Source: Nanobdellota archaeon (GTDB lineage Archaea; Nanobdellota; Nanobdellia; Pacearchaeales; GW2011-AR1). Taken from it: a DNA stretch of 48,464 nucleotides. Of the stretch, positions 45,209 to 48,464 are shown in pieces. The position numbers and the translations under genes are program-made. The stretch spans positions 1-48,464 of the forward strand of contig JBDRNV010000018.1 of assembly GCA_043810695.1 (NCBI GenBank), in the 5' to 3' direction. Below the pieces are notes generated by a model. That model was not told the DNA's origin and searched no databases. It worked only from the letters and a program-made list of their open reading frames with translations. The stretch's first letter is position 1. Every line of letters starts with the position of its first letter.

Positions 45209-46370
45209 GTGGAAGGATTTTAAAATTGAGGATTTAGGAGAGATTATTACTGGAAATACTCCTTCAAAATCTGAGCCTGAAAATTACGGCGACAAAACTC
45301 CCTGGGTCAAACCACCTAATTTAGATATTGAAAAGTATCTTTTTGAGACTGAAGATTATCTCTCGGAAATTGGAACAAAAAAAGCAAGAATATTGCCTAA
45401 AGGAACAGTTCTTGTTTCGTGCATTGGAAATATTGGTAAAATAGCTATAGCAGGTAGGAAAATGTGCACTAATCAACAAATCAATAGCATAGTTCCAAAT
45501 AATAATATTAGTGGTGAGTTTTTGTATTATGCAATAAAAAAGTTTCAAAAAAGATTAGAAGATAAAGCAACAAAAGCAGTAGTTCAGTTACTAAATAAAA
45601 CAGAGTTTTCTAAAGTAGAGATTCCAATTCCAATTCTCTCAGATGGAACTCCAGACCGAAAAAAACAAGAAGAAATTGTTTCAATTCTTGAAAAGGCAGA
45701 AGCATTAAAGAATAAAAGAAAAGAAGCTGAAGAAATCCTTGATGAATATTTAAAGGCGGTTTTTTATAATATGTTTTTGAAGCATAAGGAGAAGTTTGAG
45801 GAAGTTGAGTTAAGCGAAATTTCTGAATTGATAACAAAAGGAACAACACCTACAACATATGGGTACAAATATCAAGAATCAGGAATCCCTTTTTTAAAAG
45901 TAGAAAACATTACTTCTGGGGAAATAAATTTTTCTGTGAATTCCAGATATATTGATGAAGAAACGCATGAGTTTCTTAAGCGGTCTCAGCTAAGAAGAGG
46001 AGATGTTTTATTCTCAATTGCAGGAGCAATTGGAAGGTCTGCAGTGGTAAATACAGACAAAAAGATGAATCTTAACCAAGCAATTGCTATTATTAGGCCA
46101 AAAAAAATTATCAATTCAAGATTTTTATCTACTGTTCTAAATACTTCATTTATTAAAAATCAAATACAAAACGTAATTGTCAAAGTCGCGCAGGCAAATT
46201 TAAGTTTGACAGAAGTGAGAAAAATTAAAATACCTTTACCTCCAAAAGAACTCCAAGAAAAATTTCTATCAATAATAAATTATGCTAAGCAATTTCAAAT
46301 TGAAGAAGAGACGGAAGACATATTTAATTCATTATCACAAAAAACATTTACAGGAGAATTAGTAAAATGA
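45192..46370 (+). CDS. hsdS: Type I R-M specificity subunit (HsdS), two target-recognition domains
   Basis: 392 aa from GTG 45192 or ATG 45198. Two TRDs with LGEIITGNTPS / ISELITKGTTPT openings, and conserved helical spacers (EEIVSILEKAEALKNKRKEAEEILDEYLKAVF and LQEKFLSIINYAKQF). Confidence 0.85.
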   Translation: MEMVSKWKDFKIEDLGEIITGNTPSKSEPENYGDKTPWVKPPNLDIEKYLFETEDYLSEIGTKKARILPKGTVLVSCIGNIGKIAIAGRKMCTNQQINSIVPNNNISGEFLYYAIKKFQKRLEDKATKAVVQLLNKTEFSKVEIPIPILSDGTPDRKKQEEIVSILEKAEALKNKRKEAEEILDEYLKAVFYNMFLKHKEKFEEVELSEISELITKGTTPTTYGYKYQESGIPFLKVENITSGEINFSVNSRYIDEETHEFLKRSQLRRGDVLFSIAGAIGRSAVVNTDKKMNLNQAIAIIRPKKIINSRFLSTVLNTSFIKNQIQNVIVKVAQANLSLTEVRKIKIPLPPKELQEKFLSIINYAKQFQIEEETEDIFNSLSQKTFTGELVK

Positions 46371-46750
46371 ATAAAGAATACAAACATGATTGTGATAAAA
46401 TGCATATTGTGGAGGGAAAATTAGTAAAATCAAAAGATGATTATCAAAATTTAATAGATTTTGTAAAGAGATGGGAATTAAAATGCAAGGATATTCAAAA
46501 GCAAGCTTATGACAATCAACAATGTTATGATATATCTATGATGTTTATAGACGAATGGGCCTATAAGTTCTTTTATCAAGATAAGGTAAAAAATAAATTA
46601 ACTTTAATAAATCAACTATCTAATGACTTTAGAATAGCTGTAATAAAAGCCAATAATAATTATAAAAAAGAGAATAGGACTTTTTGGAACCTATTTTTTA
46701 AAGATAAATTAAAACTACCTGATTTACATCTACATACAAAAAGAATATGA
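46367..46750 (+). CDS. Hypothetical protein inserted between hsdS and hsdM
   Basis: 127 aa. ATGA overlap with the hsdS stop. No family recognised. Confidence 0.45.
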   Translation: MNKEYKHDCDKMHIVEGKLVKSKDDYQNLIDFVKRWELKCKDIQKQAYDNQQCYDISMMFIDEWAYKFFYQDKVKNKLTLINQLSNDFRIAVIKANNNYKKENRTFWNLFFKDKLKLPDLHLHTKRI

Positions 46751-46787
46751 AACAAATTAATAAAAAGCAAGGAGGAATTGAGTAAAT

Positions 46788-48281
46788 ATGTTACACCCAG
46801 AATTAAAATCAAAAATTAGGAAATTATGGGATAAGTTTTGGAGTGGAGGAATTAGTAACCCTCTTCAAGCAATTGAACAAATATCTTATTTAATTTATAT
46901 GAAAAGGTTAGAGGATAAGGAAGTTCAAAGAGAGCAAGAAGCAATTCTTAAAGGAATAAAATATAAATCTATCTTTGAGGGACATGAAGATTGTAGATGG
47001 AGCGAGTGGAGTGAATATCCTGCAGAAAAAATTCTTGACCATGTAAGATATAAAGTATTCAAGTTTATGCAAGGTCTTGGAGATGATGGTGGATTATATG
47101 CCAAGTATATGGCAAGTGCCAATTTTGAAATTCCAACGGCATCATTAATTATTGAAGCAGTAAGCATAATTAATGATTTACATATTAAAGAACAAAATCA
47201 GGATGCTCAAGGAGATATTTATGAATATCTTTTATCTGAATTACAAACTGCAGGGAAGAATGGGCAATTTAGAACTCCAAGACATATTATTCAAATGATG
47301 GTTGAGCTTACAAAACCTGAACTTAATGATAGGATACTTGACCCTACATGCGGGACTGCAGGATTTTTAGTTAATGCCTATGAGTATATCCTAAAAGAAA
47401 ATACCTCTAAGTCTTTAATTAAGATTGATGATGAAGGAAATCAATATAATTTCAAGGCAGATAAATTAAAACCGCAACAAAAGAGATTTTTAGATGAAGA
47501 AACAATTTATGGTAATGATATAGACCCTGTTCTTACAAGAATTGCTTTAATGAATTTAATGATGCATGGAATAACAAAACCAAATTTAAAACAGCTTAAT
47601 ACACTCTCAAAAAGATACAATGAGGAGAATACCTATAATCTTATCCTAGCTAACCCTCCCTTCAAAGGTTCAATTGATGAATCTGAAATGAGTGATAATT
47701 TTAGGATTAAAACTAAGAAAACAGAATTATTATTCTTAGAATTAATGTATAACTCTCTTGCAAATGGAGGGAGATGTGCAGTAATAATTCCTGATGGAGT
47801 TTTATTTGGCGGCTCTAATGCACATAAGGCAATAAGAAAATTAATCTTAGAGAGATGTAGACTTGATGCAGTAATCTCCATGCCCTCAGGAGTATTCAAG
47901 CCTTATGCAGGAGTTTCAACAGCAGTTTTATTTTTTACAAAAGGAGAATCTACAAAGAATGTTTGGTTTTACGAAATGGAGGCAGATGGGTTCACTTTGG
48001 ATGATAAAAGAACTAAAATTAAACAAAATGATATTCCAGAGATTCTTGAGAGATTTGAAAAAAGAAAAAAAGAGGATAATGAAGATAGAAGCAAGAAACA
48101 TTTCTTTATTCCAATTGAAGAGATTATTAAGAAGGATTATAGTCTTAGCTTATCAGCTTATCAAAAGAAAATATACAAGCAAGAAGTGTATGAAGAGCCA
48201 TCATACTATCTTGACCGATTTGAAAAGAAGATAGGAGAAATTGCTAAGAACACTAAAGAGCTAAAGAAGCTCATGAAATAA
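46788..48281 (+). CDS. hsdM: Type I R-M N6-adenine DNA methyltransferase subunit (HsdM)
   Basis: 497 aa. HsdM N-domain (LWDKFWSGGISNPLQAIEQISYLIYMKRL), motif I DPTCGTAGFL and motif IV NPPF (LANPPFKGS). Confidence 0.9.
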   Translation: MLHPELKSKIRKLWDKFWSGGISNPLQAIEQISYLIYMKRLEDKEVQREQEAILKGIKYKSIFEGHEDCRWSEWSEYPAEKILDHVRYKVFKFMQGLGDDGGLYAKYMASANFEIPTASLIIEAVSIINDLHIKEQNQDAQGDIYEYLLSELQTAGKNGQFRTPRHIIQMMVELTKPELNDRILDPTCGTAGFLVNAYEYILKENTSKSLIKIDDEGNQYNFKADKLKPQQKRFLDEETIYGNDIDPVLTRIALMNLMMHGITKPNLKQLNTLSKRYNEENTYNLILANPPFKGSIDESEMSDNFRIKTKKTELLFLELMYNSLANGGRCAVIIPDGVLFGGSNAHKAIRKLILERCRLDAVISMPSGVFKPYAGVSTAVLFFTKGESTKNVWFYEMEADGFTLDDKRTKIKQNDIPEILERFEKRKKEDNEDRSKKHFFIPIEEIIKKDYSLSLSAYQKKIYKQEVYEEPSYYLDRFEKKIGEIAKNTKELKKLMK

Positions 48282-48284
48282 ACA

Positions 48285-48305
48285 AGAGTGTTGTCGTAAT
48301 ACTAA
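48285..48305 (-). repeat. Right 21-bp terminal inverted repeat
   Basis: AGAGTGTTGTCGTAATACTAA is the perfect reverse complement of 37420-37440. It directly abuts core copy 6. Confidence 0.92.
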
Positions 48306-48317
48306 ACGCCCCGACCG
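48306..48317 (+). repeat. Core repeat copy 6 (ACGCCCCGACCG)
   Basis: Exact 12-mer immediately after the right terminal inverted repeat. Confidence 0.9.
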
Positions 48318-48419
48318 AGCATAGAATTATAGATGGGGGTTTTGAATATTTACTTTACTATTAGATAAAATAAGAGACATTTATATATCTTTTCTATTTT
48401 TGAACTTTTGTTCAAATTT

Positions 48420-48464
48420 ATGAGATATAGTGTGGAGGAATACCTCTTGAAAAACTGTAGGATT
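48420..48464 (+). CDS. Hypothetical protein, N-terminal fragment (runs off the right edge)
   Basis: ATG at 48420 (MRYSVEEYLLKNCRI...) is open to the window end. TATA-like ACATTTATATATC lies about 35 nt upstream. It may be the first gene of a further module. Confidence 0.25.
   Translation, partial: MRYSVEEYLLKNCRI

Larger units (their letters stand above)
37420..48305. mobile_element. 10.9-kb integrative unit carrying a tyrosine recombinase, plasmid-like genes and a type I R-M operon with embedded unknown genes
   Basis: Bounded by perfect 21-bp inverted repeats (37420-37440 TTAGTATTACGACAACACTCT; 48285-48305 AGAGTGTTGTCGTAATACTAA). Directly flanked on both sides by ACGCCCCGACCG. Confidence 0.7.
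34208..48317. mobile_element. Integron-like or dif-module-like array of five gene modules separated by six direct copies of one core sequence
   Basis: Core (A)CGCC[C/T]CGACCG lies at 34208, 35176, 35825, 36371, 37404 and 48307. All copies are on the plus strand and all are intergenic. Module-specific inverted arms flank the modules. The one tyrosine recombinase gene is inside the last module. Confidence 0.55.

Noticed and set aside
34208-48317. Could the six short direct repeats be a CRISPR array?
   Set aside because: The repeats are only 11-12 nt. Their spacing is 650 bp to 10.9 kb, the intervals contain complete protein-coding genes with their own promoters, and no cas genes are present.
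34208-48317. Canonical integron with attC sites and IntI
   Set aside because: I see no contiguous imperfect-palindrome attC at cassette 3' ends and no GTTRRRY/RYYYAAC boxes. The modules carry their own TATA boxes. I cannot verify the IntI-specific insertion in the recombinase by eye. I therefore describe it as integron-like or dif-module-like only.
1-48464. Stop-codon reassignment or an alternative genetic code
   Set aside because: All long family-supported genes (pheS/T, ppsA, thrS, trpS, hsdR/M, subtilase) read through with the standard code and end at ordinary TAA/TAG/TGA stops at expected lengths.

Overview
AT-rich (about 30% G+C by eye) archaeal chromosome segment. Several signals point to a small-genome DPANN-type archaeon (inference): archaeal/eukaryal-type PheRS alpha and beta, ThrRS with the archaeal editing domain, archaeal TrpRS and UMP kinase, an RNase P p30-like protein, class III signal-peptide pilin-like proteins, an A1:U72 tRNA-Gln, and TATA boxes about 25 nt upstream of start codons (leaderless mRNAs). 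Positions 1-34.2 kb hold housekeeping genes (pheS-HIT-pheT, pyrH, ppsA, trpS, thrS, tRNA-Gln, tRNA-Thr). These are interleaved with many secreted or pilin-like surface proteins, a 1347-aa subtilase, two small TA-like pairs, and a 3-kb islet of unknown genes. Positions 34.2-48.3 kb are an accessory island and the most interesting part. Six direct copies of a G+C-rich core, (A)CGCC[C/T]CGACCG, split it into five gene modules: Fic; MazEF; a 150-aa unknown; a TylF-like methyltransferase plus wHTH; and a 10.9-kb unit. The 10.9-kb unit carries a tyrosine recombinase, plasmid-like genes and a type I R-M system, and ends in perfect 21-bp inverted repeats that abut the core. This looks like a non-canonical, integron-like or dif-module-like cassette system. 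The type I R-M operon is itself interrupted by four translationally coupled unknown genes: an RHH protein, a small membrane protein, a 295-aa protein with an Rx5H HEPN-like motif, and a 127-aa protein. This may be an embedded defence module. I saw no rRNA, CRISPR array or transposase. All calls come from reading the sequence and ORF translations by eye; no searches were run.
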